DNA of 64,000 bases from an uncultured Acidobacteriota bacterium (lineage in GTDB: Bacteria > Acidobacteriota > Vicinamibacteria > Vicinamibacterales > JAKQTR01), in NCBI GenBank assembly GCA_963695795.1, contig CAVOHU010000006.1, forward strand, positions 276,083-340,082. Direction: 5' to 3'. The notes below the pieces were generated by a model that worked only from the letters and a program-made list of their open reading frames with translations, did no database searches and was not told where the DNA came from. Below are positions 19,142 through 29,050 of the stretch, piece after piece; within the stretch, counting starts at the first letter, position 1; every line of letters begins with the position of its first letter. The translations under genes and the position numbers were made by a program.

Positions 19142-19891
19142 ATGCGCTACCTCGTCCTGAGTGACATTCACGCGAATCTCGACGCACTCGAGTCGGTCCT
19201 CCACGCGGCCAATCGATACCCCTGGGACCGCGTCGTCGTGCTGGGCGACCTCGTGGGATACGGCGCTGAGCCCAACACGGTCATCGAACGCATCCAGCAG
19301 CTCGATCCGGTCGTGGTCGTCCGGGGCAACCACGACAAGGTGGCCGCGGGGCAGGACGATGCCGAGGCGTTCAACCCGGTGGCCCGCCGAGGCGCGGAAT
19401 GGACCGCCGCCGCGCTGACCGAATCGAATCGCGCCTACCTGGCGGGCCTGGCGATCGGCCCGCAAGTCCTGGACGATCAGATCGAGGTGTGTCACGGCAC
19501 GCCCTTCGACGAAGACGCCTATGTCTTCGACGAGCTCGACGCGCTGCGAGCGCTCCAGTCGGCCTCGCGTCCGATCTGCCTCTTCGGCCACACGCACTTT
19601 CCGATGGGTTACCGCCTGAAGGAGCGCATGCTCGAGCCGTTGATGATTGCGGGTGAGGAATCCGAGCTCCTGCCGATTGATCTGGATGCCGGCGCGCGCT
19701 ACCTGCTGAACGTCGGATCGGTCGGCCAGCCGCGGGACGGAGATCCCCGCGCCGCCTTCGGCATCATCGACTCGGACAAGCTCGAGGTCACGCTCTGCCG
19801 GGTGGACTATCCTGTTGAGCGGGCCCAGCGCCGCATTCTCGACGCCGGGCTTCCCGAGGCCCTGGCCCACCGCCTCGAGATCGGCCGCTAA
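19142..19891 (+). CDS. Metallophosphoesterase (calcineurin-like, YfcE/MJ0936-type)
   Basis: Motifs LSDIHAN, GDLVGYG, RGNHD and GHTH, in the order diagnostic of the family. Confidence 0.8.
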   Translation: MRYLVLSDIHANLDALESVLHAANRYPWDRVVVLGDLVGYGAEPNTVIERIQQLDPVVVVRGNHDKVAAGQDDAEAFNPVARRGAEWTAAALTESNRAYLAGLAIGPQVLDDQIEVCHGTPFDEDAYVFDELDALRALQSASRPICLFGHTHFPMGYRLKERMLEPLMIAGEESELLPIDLDAGARYLLNVGSVGQPRDGDPRAAFGIIDSDKLEVTLCRVDYPVERAQRRILDAGLPEALAHRLEIGR

Positions 19892-19914
19892 GCAAACGCC
19901 CGCGATTCGGAGTC

Positions 19915-22491
19915 GTGGCGAGTTGTAGCGCTCTTGAAGTTCCCCGTCGTCGGGTGGTCCCCCCGGAGGGCAGGTTGCGCCGTTCCCCGACCCGCGGCTT
20001 TACGGTGGATATCGCGGCGGTCGTCTACACAGCCGGGTATTTCCTGTGGCTCGCTGTTCGCACGCCGGGCACGGCCGGCACTGAGCTGGTCAGCCTGTTC
20101 TGGTTCCTGCCCCTGGGTCTCTGCGTGTCCTGGGCGTACTGGAGGAATACCGGCCATGCCGCTCCGGATCGACCCACCAGGCTGGCGTGGACCGGGCTCG
20201 CGATTGCCGCGCTCGGCCTGTGGTTCACGGGCAACACCTGGTCGATGTACCTCTGGGTGGCGGGCCCGCGGCAATGGCCCGCGTGGCTGGACTGGCTGGA
20301 GGCCGCGCTTTCGTTATTCATCATAGGCTCCTACCTGACCTTCCCCGGCCGGCCGCTGGCGAAGGGCGCCCGCGCCCGGTTCCTCCTCGACGCCGGCCTG
20401 ATCGTCGTCGCGGGCTTCGTCCTGGCCATCAGTTTTGCGCTCTGGACCCTCCCCAATCAGAGCGGGCCGGTGTGGAGCTACACCGTCGCCACCATCACCA
20501 TCGACTGGGTGATGTTCGTGATTGCCGCGGTCGGGACGATCCAGAAGCGTGATGCGAGCATCCGCATCGCCCTTGCCATGTTGCTGGGAGCCCACGGGCT
20601 GACGCTCATCGCCAATTCCCGGCTCGCGAGCCTGCCCGCCTATCATTCCGGCGATCCCTTGGACGCGCTGTGGTTCATGGCGTGGGTTCTGAGATGGAGT
20701 GCCGCGCGCACCGCGTGGCATCGCGCACGGCTCGGGATCAACGCGGGCGAGGCTGATTCCACTCAGACCGCGACCGCGTTCCGGAGCAGCGTGTTCGCCT
20801 ACCTGATGGTGGCAGGGACCTTTGTCCTGCTGGTCCTGCAGCTGTACTCGGGCAATCCGCAATTCGTGCGGCTGCTCGCGATGGTGACCATCGTCATGGT
20901 CGCGCTGTTGTTTCTCCGGCAGATCGCGGCGCTCTACGAAAACCGGCGGCTGTTCGAGGCGCAACTGGCGCAGGAAGGGCGATTCCGATCGCTCGTCCAG
21001 AATGCGTCGGATCTCATCGTGGTCGTCGACCGGGCCGGCTCGATCTCGTATGTCAGCCCATCTGGCGCGCGGGCGTTCGGAGAGGCTCCGGCGTTGAAGG
21101 TTGGAGCCGAGGCGAAAGGCCTCTTTCCGCCCGAAGACGCCTCCGCGCTCCTGGAGTCCGGAGAGACGGACACGATCGGGCCGCGCCGCGTTCAGTCCCG
21201 CATTCTCTCCGCTACAGGGGAGTGGCGCGAGATCGAGGTGGTGGCGACTGACCTTCGATCCGACGCGGCGGTGGAGGGCATCGTCCTCAACTGCCGCGAC
21301 GTCACTGAACGCACGGCGCTCGAGCGGAAGCTGCTTCACGCGCAGAAGCTCGACGCGATCGGGCGTCTGGCAGGCGGCCTGGCCCACGACCTGAACAACG
21401 TCCTGGCCGTCGTTCGCGGGTATGCCGAACTGCTGCGCGACGACCTGCCGGCGGGTTCGAAGGCCTTCGAAGATCTTCGTCAGATCGAGCACGCGGCCGA
21501 CAAGGCGTCGGGGATCACGAAGAAGCTGCTCGGCTTGAGCCGGAACCAGGCGGTGCAGCGAGGCAGCGTGGACCTGAATCAAGTCCTGCGGGGCCTCGAG
21601 CCGATTCTGCGGCAGGTCCTGACCGACGGCATCGAGATCGAGATCGAATGCGACCCGGCGCTCTGGCCAGTCAGCGCGGATCAGGGCCAGATGGAGCAGT
21701 TGCTGATCAACCTGGTGACCAACGCACGCGACGCCATGCCGCGGGGCGGCCACCTGCGGATCACCACCGTCAACTACTCCGGCCAGGACGTTCCGCGAAC
21801 GGAGGGCGCTGTCCTTCCCCCGGGACCGTTCGTGGCGATCGCGGTGGCTGATGAAGGCGTCGGCATGTCACCCGAGGTCCAGGCGCGCGTCTTCGAACCG
21901 TTCTTCACGACCAAGCCGCCGACGAAGGGACTCGGCCTGGGTCTGTCGATGGTGCAGAGCATCGCGACCGAATCCGGCGGGTTCGTCCACCTGGACAGTG
22001 CGCCGGGCAGGGGCAGCACCTTCACGATCGTCCTGCCGCGGACGGGCGCCAGCGCCGTCGAAGCCGATGGCGCGGAACCGGCCGATGCCGGAGCGCTGCG
22101 CGGCCGATCGGTCCTGCTCGTCGATGACGAATTCGCGGTCAGAGCGGTGTCGCGGCGGATCCTCGAGCGAGAGGGGTGCCGGGTGTACGAGATGTCGTCC
22201 GCGGCCGACGCGCTCGAGGTCGCAGCCGACGGGCGAAACCACATCGACGCGCTCCTCACCGACCTCGTCATGCCACAGATGAACGGACGCGAGCTCATCG
22301 CCCGCTTCCGCCAGCAGCGCCCAGGCGTGCCCATCGTGTGCATGTCCGGCTTCGCTGACGCCTCGGACGATGCGAGCGATCTCGGCGAATCGGTGGTGGC
22401 GTTGATTGCCAAGCCCTTCTCGGCGGCAACGCTGGTGCGCGCGCTCGCGGGCCCACTCGCCTCGAGCGGCCGCGCACCCGTCCGAAAGTGA
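19915..22491 (+). CDS. Hybrid sensor histidine kinase/response regulator with N-terminal multi-TM sensor, PAS, HisKA, HATPase and REC domains
   Basis: At least 8 N-terminal TM helices, a PAS region, the H-box HDLNNVLAVVRGYAELL, N/G boxes (NARDAM, GLGLGLSMV), and a REC domain with DLVMPQMNG. An alternative GTG start at 20005 is possible. Confidence 0.85.
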   Translation: MASCSALEVPRRRVVPPEGRLRRSPTRGFTVDIAAVVYTAGYFLWLAVRTPGTAGTELVSLFWFLPLGLCVSWAYWRNTGHAAPDRPTRLAWTGLAIAALGLWFTGNTWSMYLWVAGPRQWPAWLDWLEAALSLFIIGSYLTFPGRPLAKGARARFLLDAGLIVVAGFVLAISFALWTLPNQSGPVWSYTVATITIDWVMFVIAAVGTIQKRDASIRIALAMLLGAHGLTLIANSRLASLPAYHSGDPLDALWFMAWVLRWSAARTAWHRARLGINAGEADSTQTATAFRSSVFAYLMVAGTFVLLVLQLYSGNPQFVRLLAMVTIVMVALLFLRQIAALYENRRLFEAQLAQEGRFRSLVQNASDLIVVVDRAGSISYVSPSGARAFGEAPALKVGAEAKGLFPPEDASALLESGETDTIGPRRVQSRILSATGEWREIEVVATDLRSDAAVEGIVLNCRDVTERTALERKLLHAQKLDAIGRLAGGLAHDLNNVLAVVRGYAELLRDDLPAGSKAFEDLRQIEHAADKASGITKKLLGLSRNQAVQRGSVDLNQVLRGLEPILRQVLTDGIEIEIECDPALWPVSADQGQMEQLLINLVTNARDAMPRGGHLRITTVNYSGQDVPRTEGAVLPPGPFVAIAVADEGVGMSPEVQARVFEPFFTTKPPTKGLGLGLSMVQSIATESGGFVHLDSAPGRGSTFTIVLPRTGASAVEADGAEPADAGALRGRSVLLVDDEFAVRAVSRRILEREGCRVYEMSSAADALEVAADGRNHIDALLTDLVMPQMNGRELIARFRQQRPGVPIVCMSGFADASDDASDLGESVVALIAKPFSAATLVRALAGPLASSGRAPVRK

Positions 22492-22590
22492 TTCCCGTTC
22501 AGGGGTGAGCCGCCTGATCGGGATTCAGCAGGGCGCAGCCGGGTCCGACTTCAACAGCCGCGTTCGCCGAGCCTTGGTGGCGATACCGGG

Positions 22591-25086
22591 TTACGTCCGA
22601 TCGAGCGCCTCGCGGACCTTGATTGCGAGCGATTCCCTCGAGAAGGGCTTCTGGATGAACGGGACACCATCCTCCAGAACTCCCTGACGGGCAATCACGT
22701 CGGCCGTATGGCCCGACATGAACAGGTGCTTCATGTGCGGGTAGTGCGACAGCAGGCGCGTGGCGAGGTCGCGGCCGTTCATGTCGGGCATCACCACGTC
22801 GGTGACCAGGAGACTGATCTCGCCCGCCTGCGCTCCGGCCACCTGAATCGCCTCTTCCGCCGCGCCTGCGGCCAGCACGGTGTAGCCCAGCCCTTCGAGC
22901 ACGATCGTCGCCATGCTGAGAACGGCCGGTTCGTCCTCCACGAGCAGGATGGTCTCATGGCCGCGCATGGCGGACGGCGCCCGTCGGCTCTCCATCGCCG
23001 GTTTGCGATCGCCGCGATGCCGCGGGAAGTACACCGTCATGGTCGTCCCGCGGCCCGGTTCGCTGGAGACGTCGATGAAGCCGTCGTTCTGCTTGACGAT
23101 GCCGTAGACCGTCGCCAGGCCGAGCCCCGTGCCCTTCCCAATCGCCTTCGTCGTGAAGAACGGCTCGAACAGGTGCGACAGCGTGTCCTTGTCCATCCCG
23201 CAACCATCGTCGTTCACGGCGACGCGGACGTACTCCCCCGGAAGGAACCCGGAGTGAAGCGCGCAGTACTCGGCGTCGAAGGTGGCGTTGTCCATCGCGA
23301 TCGTCACCCGGCCGATTCCTGAAATGGCGTCCCGGGCGTTGACGCAGAGGTTGGCCAGGAGCTGATCGATCTGCGAGGGGTCCACTTTGACCCGCCAGAG
23401 ATTGGAGGCCGGCTGCAACCTGAGCCGGACGTCCTCGCCGATCAGCCGTTGGAGCATCGTGACCATGCCGGCCACCGTCTCGCTCAAGTCGAGCACTCGC
23501 GGCGCGACGGTCTGCCTGCGGGCGAAGGCCAGCAGTTGCCGCGTCAAATCGGCGGAGCGCCTGGCCGCCTTGTGAATCTGCTCGAGGTCCGCGTGGATCG
23601 GCTGCGAAGGTTCCACCTGGTCGATGGCCAGTTCGGCGTGCCCGAGAATGACGCCGAGCATGTTGTTGAAGTCGTGCGCGACTCCGCCCGCCAGCCGGCC
23701 CACCGACTCCATCTTCTGGGCCTGACGGAGCTGCGCCTCGAGCGCTTCCTTCTCCGCCTCGACCTGCTTGCGGTCGGTCACGTCCAGGATGATGCCGTGC
23801 CACAGGGTGCCGCCGTCAGCGGTCCGCTCCGGGTGCGCCTGGGACCAGCGCCATCGTAGCCCCTGCCGCGGCAGCACGACCCGGAACTCGCAGTAGAACT
23901 CCTCCAAGGTGCGCGCCGATTCCTGGATGGCGTTCGCGACCGCTTCGTAGTCGTCCGGATGCAGCCGGCCGAACACCGGCGTCGCGTCTTCACGGACTTC
24001 CTCGGGAGTGACCTCGTAGATGAGGTTCATCCCGGGACTCGAGTAGGGAAACGCGGAATGCCCGTCCGGATCGAGTCGATACTGGTAGATGACGCCGGGC
24101 ACGAGCCGGGCGAGATTGACGAGCAGGTCGTGGCTCCTCGCCAGCGCTTCTTCCGCCTTCTTGCGCCCGGTGATGTCCTTGTCCACGCCGCGGTAGCCCT
24201 TCAGCTTCCCCGCCCTGTCGAAGACGGGCACGCCGTTGGTCAACAGGCAGATGCGTTCGCCGTCCTGTCCAATGTTCCAGTTCTCCAGGTCCTTGATGGG
24301 AGCCCTGCGCGCCAGCAGCTCGGAGAAGATCGCCCCCACCCGCGCGGCCTCGTCCGGCGGCATCAGATCGAATGGCGTCTTCCCTATGACGTCTCCCCGG
24401 GAAGCCCCGAACAGATCGCGGCCCTTTTCCGAGCTGTAGGTGTAGCGGCCCTGCTCGTCCACCTCCCACACCCAATCCGCCATGTTCGACGTGATGTCTC
24501 TCAGCCGCAGCTCGCTTTCCCGGAGCGCTTCCTCGGCTCGCTTCCGCTCGGTGATGTCGTGGGCCGTGGAGAGCATGTGGGCCTCTCCGTTGAGCGAGAT
24601 GATGCTGACCGACAAGAGCCCCACGAGCTCCGAGCCATCCTTCGCACGGAACCGGGCTTCGAAGTTCGACACGTCGCCGCCGCTCATGAGCGTCCCGATC
24701 AGGCGTTCGCGCTCGGCCAGATCCACCCAGGTCCCGAGGTCGAGCGACGTCCGGCCGAGCATCTCGTGCTTTTCGTACCCAAGCAACGCGAGAGCGGGGC
24801 CGTTGACATCGACGTAGAGGCCGTCACGCAGCCGGTTGATGATGATGGCGTCCGGGCTGAGATGAAACGCCTTGAGGAATCTCAGTTCGGAATCTTGAAG
24901 AGAGGCCCGCGCTCGGAGCAGCTCCTGGTCCTGCAGGTCGACCTGCGTCCGGAGCCTGCGGAGAGCCTGCCTCAGTTCGTCAGGCGACAGCGCGTCCAGA
25001 TCCGCAGTCTCGTCGGGCCGGGTGGTCTTACCCGCCCTCGAACGAGGGATGGAGGGATCATCGGGACGCGGATGCGGGTCGGTCAT
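22591..25086 (-). CDS. Multi-PAS hybrid sensor histidine kinase/response regulator (cytoplasmic)
   Basis: Start MTDPHPRPDD at ATG 25086. Has a coiled coil and three PAS-like repeats, the H-box HDFNNMLGVILGHAELA, an HATPase (GTGLGLATVYGIV), and a REC domain (DVVMPDMNG). The upstream 95 aa of the 926-aa track ORF are low-complexity and were rejected. Confidence 0.85.
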   Translation of the reverse strand: MTDPHPRPDDPSIPRSRAGKTTRPDETADLDALSPDELRQALRRLRTQVDLQDQELLRARASLQDSELRFLKAFHLSPDAIIINRLRDGLYVDVNGPALALLGYEKHEMLGRTSLDLGTWVDLAERERLIGTLMSGGDVSNFEARFRAKDGSELVGLLSVSIISLNGEAHMLSTAHDITERKRAEEALRESELRLRDITSNMADWVWEVDEQGRYTYSSEKGRDLFGASRGDVIGKTPFDLMPPDEAARVGAIFSELLARRAPIKDLENWNIGQDGERICLLTNGVPVFDRAGKLKGYRGVDKDITGRKKAEEALARSHDLLVNLARLVPGVIYQYRLDPDGHSAFPYSSPGMNLIYEVTPEEVREDATPVFGRLHPDDYEAVANAIQESARTLEEFYCEFRVVLPRQGLRWRWSQAHPERTADGGTLWHGIILDVTDRKQVEAEKEALEAQLRQAQKMESVGRLAGGVAHDFNNMLGVILGHAELAIDQVEPSQPIHADLEQIHKAARRSADLTRQLLAFARRQTVAPRVLDLSETVAGMVTMLQRLIGEDVRLRLQPASNLWRVKVDPSQIDQLLANLCVNARDAISGIGRVTIAMDNATFDAEYCALHSGFLPGEYVRVAVNDDGCGMDKDTLSHLFEPFFTTKAIGKGTGLGLATVYGIVKQNDGFIDVSSEPGRGTTMTVYFPRHRGDRKPAMESRRAPSAMRGHETILLVEDEPAVLSMATIVLEGLGYTVLAAGAAEEAIQVAGAQAGEISLLVTDVVMPDMNGRDLATRLLSHYPHMKHLFMSGHTADVIARQGVLEDGVPFIQKPFSRESLAIKVREALDRT

Positions 25087-25184
25087 GACGAGCGCGCTCC
25101 TGGCGACGACATGTGTGAAGCGCCGGAGGGTCCGAGACGCGGCGTTAGAGTGCGTCGAGTCTGGGCCTGGGAGTCTGCCGTGCC

Positions 25185-25355
25185 CTAGTACTGCTGCCCT
25201 TTCGACGCCCTCGCCGCCTTGCGCGCCGCGTCCTCCTCGCGCCGGCGCAGCTCCACGACGTACGCGTCCCGGGCCGCCCGCGAACCGAGGATCCAGCCGA
25301 CGACCAGCCCCAGCACGATCATCATGGGAATGTAGATGAAGTGACCTGCGCTCAT
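25185..25355 (-). CDS. Small single-TM protein (56 aa), last gene of the ccm operon, function unknown
   Basis: Hand translation gives MSAGHFIYIPMMIVLGLVVGWILGSRAARDAYVVELRRREEDAARKAARASKGQQY*. A GGAGG sits 4 nt upstream of the ATG. The start is 14 nt after the ccmD-like stop. The ORF is below the ORF-track size cutoff. Confidence 0.4.
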   Translation of the reverse strand: MSAGHFIYIPMMIVLGLVVGWILGSRAARDAYVVELRRREEDAARKAARASKGQQY

Positions 25356-25371
25356 TCAGCCTCCGCCTCAC

Positions 25372-25659
25372 TCACTTGCCGGGTTCGCGACGGCCGGTCC
25401 GCCGCTCGAGCGCCTCGATTTCGCCCTGGACCTTCTTGAGGCGGCCCCAGAGGAACCAGAGATAGCCGAGGAGCGCCACCCAGACGAACGCGTACGCGGC
25501 GATGAGGAGCGGCGCGGCGGGCAGCGTTTCTACCGCGCGCTGGGCCTCGGTCACCGGCACGAAATCGTTCTGAGGGGCGGGGGGTTGAAACGCGAGGGCC
25601 GAGGCGCCGATCGAGAGCCCGATCAGCGCCGTCACCAGGATCGCTCGTGCTTGCTTCAT
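25372..25659 (-). CDS. ccmD: CcmD-like small membrane protein (heme exporter protein D candidate)
   Basis: 95 aa from ATG 25659, with an N-terminal hydrophobic segment. A second TM, LLIAAYAFVWVALLGYLWFLW, is followed by a basic/coiled tail, resembling CcmD. It sits immediately after ccmC. Confidence 0.45.
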   Translation of the reverse strand: MKQARAILVTALIGLSIGASALAFQPPAPQNDFVPVTEAQRAVETLPAAPLLIAAYAFVWVALLGYLWFLWGRLKKVQGEIEALERRTGRREPGK

Positions 25660-25709
25660 CGTGGTCCAGCCTCCGTGCGCCTCCACCGGGCGCCACGCGC
25701 GGGCAAGAG

Positions 25710-26366
25710 CTAGTCTTCGAGATTCAGATAGAGTTCCTCGACCCGCGCGCGCTGGTTCTCCAGCCGCACGCGGATCCACAGCAGCAGGCAGAACAGCAGC
25801 GTGAAGGACAGCATGCAGAACCAGAACGGCCCTCTCATGCCCGATGGCAGCGTCGGCACCACCCTGTTGGTCGGGTGGATGGTGCGCCACAGATTGACCG
25901 ACACGTAAACAAACGGCACGTTGAACATGCCGAAGATCGCCATGGCGGCCGAGAGCTTCTCCGAGCCCGGTCCACCGAACTTGCGGACCAGCAGGTAGGC
26001 CAGGAAGATCATCCAGAGGAGGAGGACCAGCGTCAGCTTGGCGTCCCACTGCCACCAGACGCCCCACGCCTTCCGCGCCCAGAGCGGGCCGGTGACGAGC
26101 ACGATCGCGCCGAACACGACGGCCAGCTCTGCTGCCGACACCGCGATCCGATCGGCCGACTGCCGGCGCTTGAACAGGAACACCGCGCTCTCGATCCCGC
26201 ACACGAACGTGGCGATGAACATCGCCGCCGCCGACGGGACGTGATAGTAGAAGATCCGCTGAATCAGCCCCATCGTCGTTTCCGTCGGCGCGCCAGCCAC
26301 CAGGACGGGCGCGAGGGCGAAGAACACCATGGCGAGCAGGACGAGCGGAGCAAAGGCCTTGTTCAT
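25710..26366 (-). CDS. ccmC: Heme exporter protein CcmC
   Basis: 218-aa ORF with the WGVWWQWDAKL tryptophan-rich (WWD) motif, conserved His residues (YYHVP, TIHP), and six TM segments. Confidence 0.9.
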   Translation of the reverse strand: MNKAFAPLVLLAMVFFALAPVLVAGAPTETTMGLIQRIFYYHVPSAAAMFIATFVCGIESAVFLFKRRQSADRIAVSAAELAVVFGAIVLVTGPLWARKAWGVWWQWDAKLTLVLLLWMIFLAYLLVRKFGGPGSEKLSAAMAIFGMFNVPFVYVSVNLWRTIHPTNRVVPTLPSGMRGPFWFCMLSFTLLFCLLLWIRVRLENQRARVEELYLNLED

Positions 26367-26402
26367 GGCACGTTCCAGGCCGGGAGCCGCAGGCTCCCGT
26401 CG

Positions 26403-27086
26403 CTAGTCAGTCATCAACGGCTCGAAGGTCCAGAGCGCCAGCGTGACAAACACCACGTCGAAGAACACGAGCATGGAGACCCAGAACTTCACCATCGCCA
26501 GGTCCGGGGTCGGCTGCAGCAGCGCCATGGTTCCCCGCACGCCGGCGATGATGACTGGCACCGTGATCGGATAGAGGAGGATCGGCAGCAGCACGTCGCG
26601 GCTTCGCGCCCGGATGAGCATCGCCGCGAACAGCGTCCCGACGCTCGCGAATCCCAGCGTGCCCGAGACGAGCAGCGCCAGCATCCAGAAGGGGTACGCC
26701 AGCATCGGCGCCGAGAACAGCAGGGACGCGAGCGGCACGAGGATCGCTTCGACGACGGCCAGCAGGGCCACGATGCCGAGCAGCTTGCCGAGGTAGATCG
26801 CCGGGCGCTCGGCGGGCGCGAGCATCAGGGCCTTGAGCGTTTCGGTGTGGCGCTCGCGCTCGAAGGTCCGGCCGAGCCCGAGCGTCCCGGCGAAGGCGAT
26901 CGCGATCCAGAGGATGCCGGCGGCGGCGTCCTCGAGCGGCCGTCCGTCCTTCACCAGCGCGAAGGCGAAGACGAGGATGCACGACATGGCGAAAAAGACG
27001 GTGGTATAGATGATCTCGCGGCTTCGGACTTCGACGGTCAGGTCCTTGCGCATGACGACCCACGCCACGTGGAAGAACTGATTCAT
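26403..27086 (-). CDS. ccmB: Heme exporter permease CcmB
   Basis: ATG 27086 overlaps the ccmA stop (ATGA). A 227-aa six-TM protein, [24 protein letters not shown]..., with the typical CcmB N-terminus and length. Confidence 0.85.
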   Translation of the reverse strand: MNQFFHVAWVVMRKDLTVEVRSREIIYTTVFFAMSCILVFAFALVKDGRPLEDAAAGILWIAIAFAGTLGLGRTFERERHTETLKALMLAPAERPAIYLGKLLGIVALLAVVEAILVPLASLLFSAPMLAYPFWMLALLVSGTLGFASVGTLFAAMLIRARSRDVLLPILLYPITVPVIIAGVRGTMALLQPTPDLAMVKFWVSMLVFFDVVFVTLALWTFEPLMTD

Positions 27087-27818
27087 CGTCCCTGCTGCCC
27101 TGCCGCGACCGGCGGAGCGGCGATCGCCGAGCGGTACCGATCGCGCAGCGGGAGCGTGGCTTCCTCGATGAGGACGAGCCTCCCGTCCCTCAGCACGGCA
27201 ACCCGATCGAAGAGCCCCTCTGCCAGATCGAGATCGTGCGTGGCCAGCAGCACCAGGCACCCGTCGTCCCTGAGCGCGCGCAGCCGAGTGACCAACGCGC
27301 GACCCGAGGCATCGTCCAGGCCCGTGAACGGCTCGTCGAGCAGGAGCAGGCGCGGCTCGTGCAGCAACGCTCGCTCGAGCGCGAGGCGCTGCCGCATGCC
27401 TCGCGAGTATCCCGACACGGGCTCGGCGCCCCGGTCGGCGAGGTTGGCCCGCGAGAGCGCCCGATCGATGCGGGCCTCCGGAGCGTCGAGCGCGTACAAC
27501 TGCGCAAAGAACGCCAGGTTCTCGCGCGCCGTCAGCTCGGGATACAGGAACAGGTCGTGCCCGAGCATTCCGATGCGGCTCCTGCAGCCGCGGCCCTGCC
27601 GTGCGGGCGTTCGACTGGCCATAAAGGATCTCGCCGGAACTCGGCGCAAGCAGCGTCGAAGCGAGGCTCAGCAGCGTGGACTTCCCCGCCCCGTTCGGGC
27701 CGAGCAAGCCCACGATTTCGCCTGCACGAACCGTGAAACTGACCCGCCACAGCGCCTTGCGCCTGCCGAAACTCCGTGAGACGTCCCGAAGCGCCAGCTC
27801 CTGGAAGTCGAGCTTCAC
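27083..27818 (-). pseudogene. ccmA: Heme exporter ATPase CcmA, frame-disrupted as sequenced (shift between about 27570 and 27620)
   Basis: Walker [12 protein letters not shown]...SSGEILYGQ lies in the frame of ORF 26403-27818. The continuation [20 protein letters not shown]...[17 protein letters not shown]...LLLLDEP (signature, Walker B) lies in the frame of ORF 27083-27649. Length is 3n+1. Confidence 0.8.
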
Positions 27819-29050
27819 GCCACCAGCCCCTGATCTCCGGCGGCTGGCCCTCCCTGACGGTCGAGTTCTCCGTAGATGCGTTCCAGCTGCGAGGTGAGAT
27901 CAGTCCGTCTGGCGGCATAGCGCCCGTCGCTCGTCGCCCCGCTCTTCCGTTGTTCTTCGAGTCGAACCAGATCGGCCATCAGGCGCTCACGCCGCGCTTC
28001 GAGCTCGGACCGCCGGGCAGACACGGCATCGCCGGGTCTGGCTGAGAAGCTTGCCCAGGCGCCAACAAGGAGGATCACCACGACCAGGCCGATCGCGCCC
28101 TGCCGCCATGCGCGGTTCCGGGTAGGCAGCCCGCTGAGCGAAAGGGTGATTTCCGTGCCGGCCGGCACGGTCGGACCGACGCCAATCATGAACGCGCCCG
28201 CAGCATTCGCGGTGTCGCCGTTGTTGCTGAACTGCGGCGAGGCCATTTGAAGGTTGCCGACCTTTGCCGCCATCACCTGCAGCGCGTCCAGGGGAATCGG
28301 GAATGACTGCGCGATCGTCCGCTCCGGGCCGCCTGGCCGGAGCGAATAGGCGATCTGGATCGGCAGCGTGCCCGGCTGAAACGGTCCCGAGATGGAGACG
28401 ATGGTGCCGCGAACCTGCGCCTGGGTCGACGAGCCTTCGAGCACGCTGCCCTGCGTGGCCTCGTCCGGTAGCCGGAACACGAGCTCGGCGGGCGTGCCGG
28501 CTGGCGGCGTGCCGCGCACGATCAATTCGAGGATGTAGAACACCTCGACTGCGTCGTCGCTCATCTCGATCTGGACGCGCGACTGCCCCCCGAAGGAGAG
28601 CGGCGCGCCGCTGCCGGGCGTCGCGGCACCCATCGCATCCGCGCCGCCCCCGCCGCCAGTGACGAGCAGGATACGAATGCCGTGATCTGATGGGACCGCG
28701 AAGGGCTGCGAGTCCAGCCGCTCGCCGTTGACCGTCGCGGTCGCGTGGACCTCGGCGCCAATCGGCAGACCCGGGAAGAGGGCGATGCCTTCCGCGTTTG
28801 TCTTGGAGGTAAGCACGCGCCCGCCCGTTTCCAGGCGAACCTCGACATTGGAAAGCGTGTTCGAGAGCTCGTCCTTGACGACCCGCACGCTGACCGTCCC
28901 GGCGGGCACATCATCCATCGGCATCGGAATGCCGGACATCTGGCGCGCGCTCGGCATGCCTCCGGCCATCCCTGGAGGCTGCGCATGCGCGTTCCAGGTC
29001 ATGGTGAAAACGAAGGCCAGCGCCAGTCCCGGGCGGATCGTCGATTTCAT
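27815..29050 (-). CDS. Secreted carboxypeptidase-regulatory-like (beta-sandwich) domain protein with C-terminal TM anchor and cytoplasmic coiled-coil tail; function unknown (gene Y of the ccm operon)
   Basis: ATG 29050 gives [24 protein letters not shown] (signal peptide). A CarboxypepD_reg-like segment follows (GTVSVRVV...[30 protein letters not shown]). The C-terminal TM is [16 protein letters not shown], then the tail [35 protein letters not shown]. Both ends overlap neighbours by 4 nt. Confidence 0.55.
   Translation of the reverse strand: MKSTIRPGLALAFVFTMTWNAHAQPPGMAGGMPSARQMSGIPMPMDDVPAGTVSVRVVKDELSNTLSNVEVRLETGGRVLTSKTNAEGIALFPGLPIGAEVHATATVNGERLDSQPFAVPSDHGIRILLVTGGGGGADAMGAATPGSGAPLSFGGQSRVQIEMSDDAVEVFYILELIVRGTPPAGTPAELVFRLPDEATQGSVLEGSSTQAQVRGTIVSISGPFQPGTLPIQIAYSLRPGGPERTIAQSFPIPLDALQVMAAKVGNLQMASPQFSNNGDTANAAGAFMIGVGPTVPAGTEITLSLSGLPTRNRAWRQGAIGLVVVILLVGAWASFSARPGDAVSARRSELEARRERLMADLVRLEEQRKSGATSDGRYAARRTDLTSQLERIYGELDRQGGPAAGDQGLVA

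Noticed and set aside
16743-19870. Long minus-strand ORFs (589 aa at 16743-18512 and 631 aa at 17975-19870) opposite aroA, aroK and the phosphoesterase
   Set aside because: Only the first 149 aa of the 589-aa ORF (the RsbW-like domain) are credible. The remainder is low-complexity and antisense to strongly supported genes.
25087-25371. N-terminal 95-aa extension of the PAS histidine kinase (track ORF 22591-25371)
   Set aside because: The extension is Arg/Gly/Pro-rich and overlaps the better-supported 56-aa TM ORF in another frame. The kinase has a plausible ATG at 25086.
25647-27779. 710-aa plus-strand ORF across ccmC, ccmB and ccmA
   Set aside because: Antisense shadow ORF with an extreme R/E/D/H/P composition. 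The opposite strand encodes textbook Ccm proteins.
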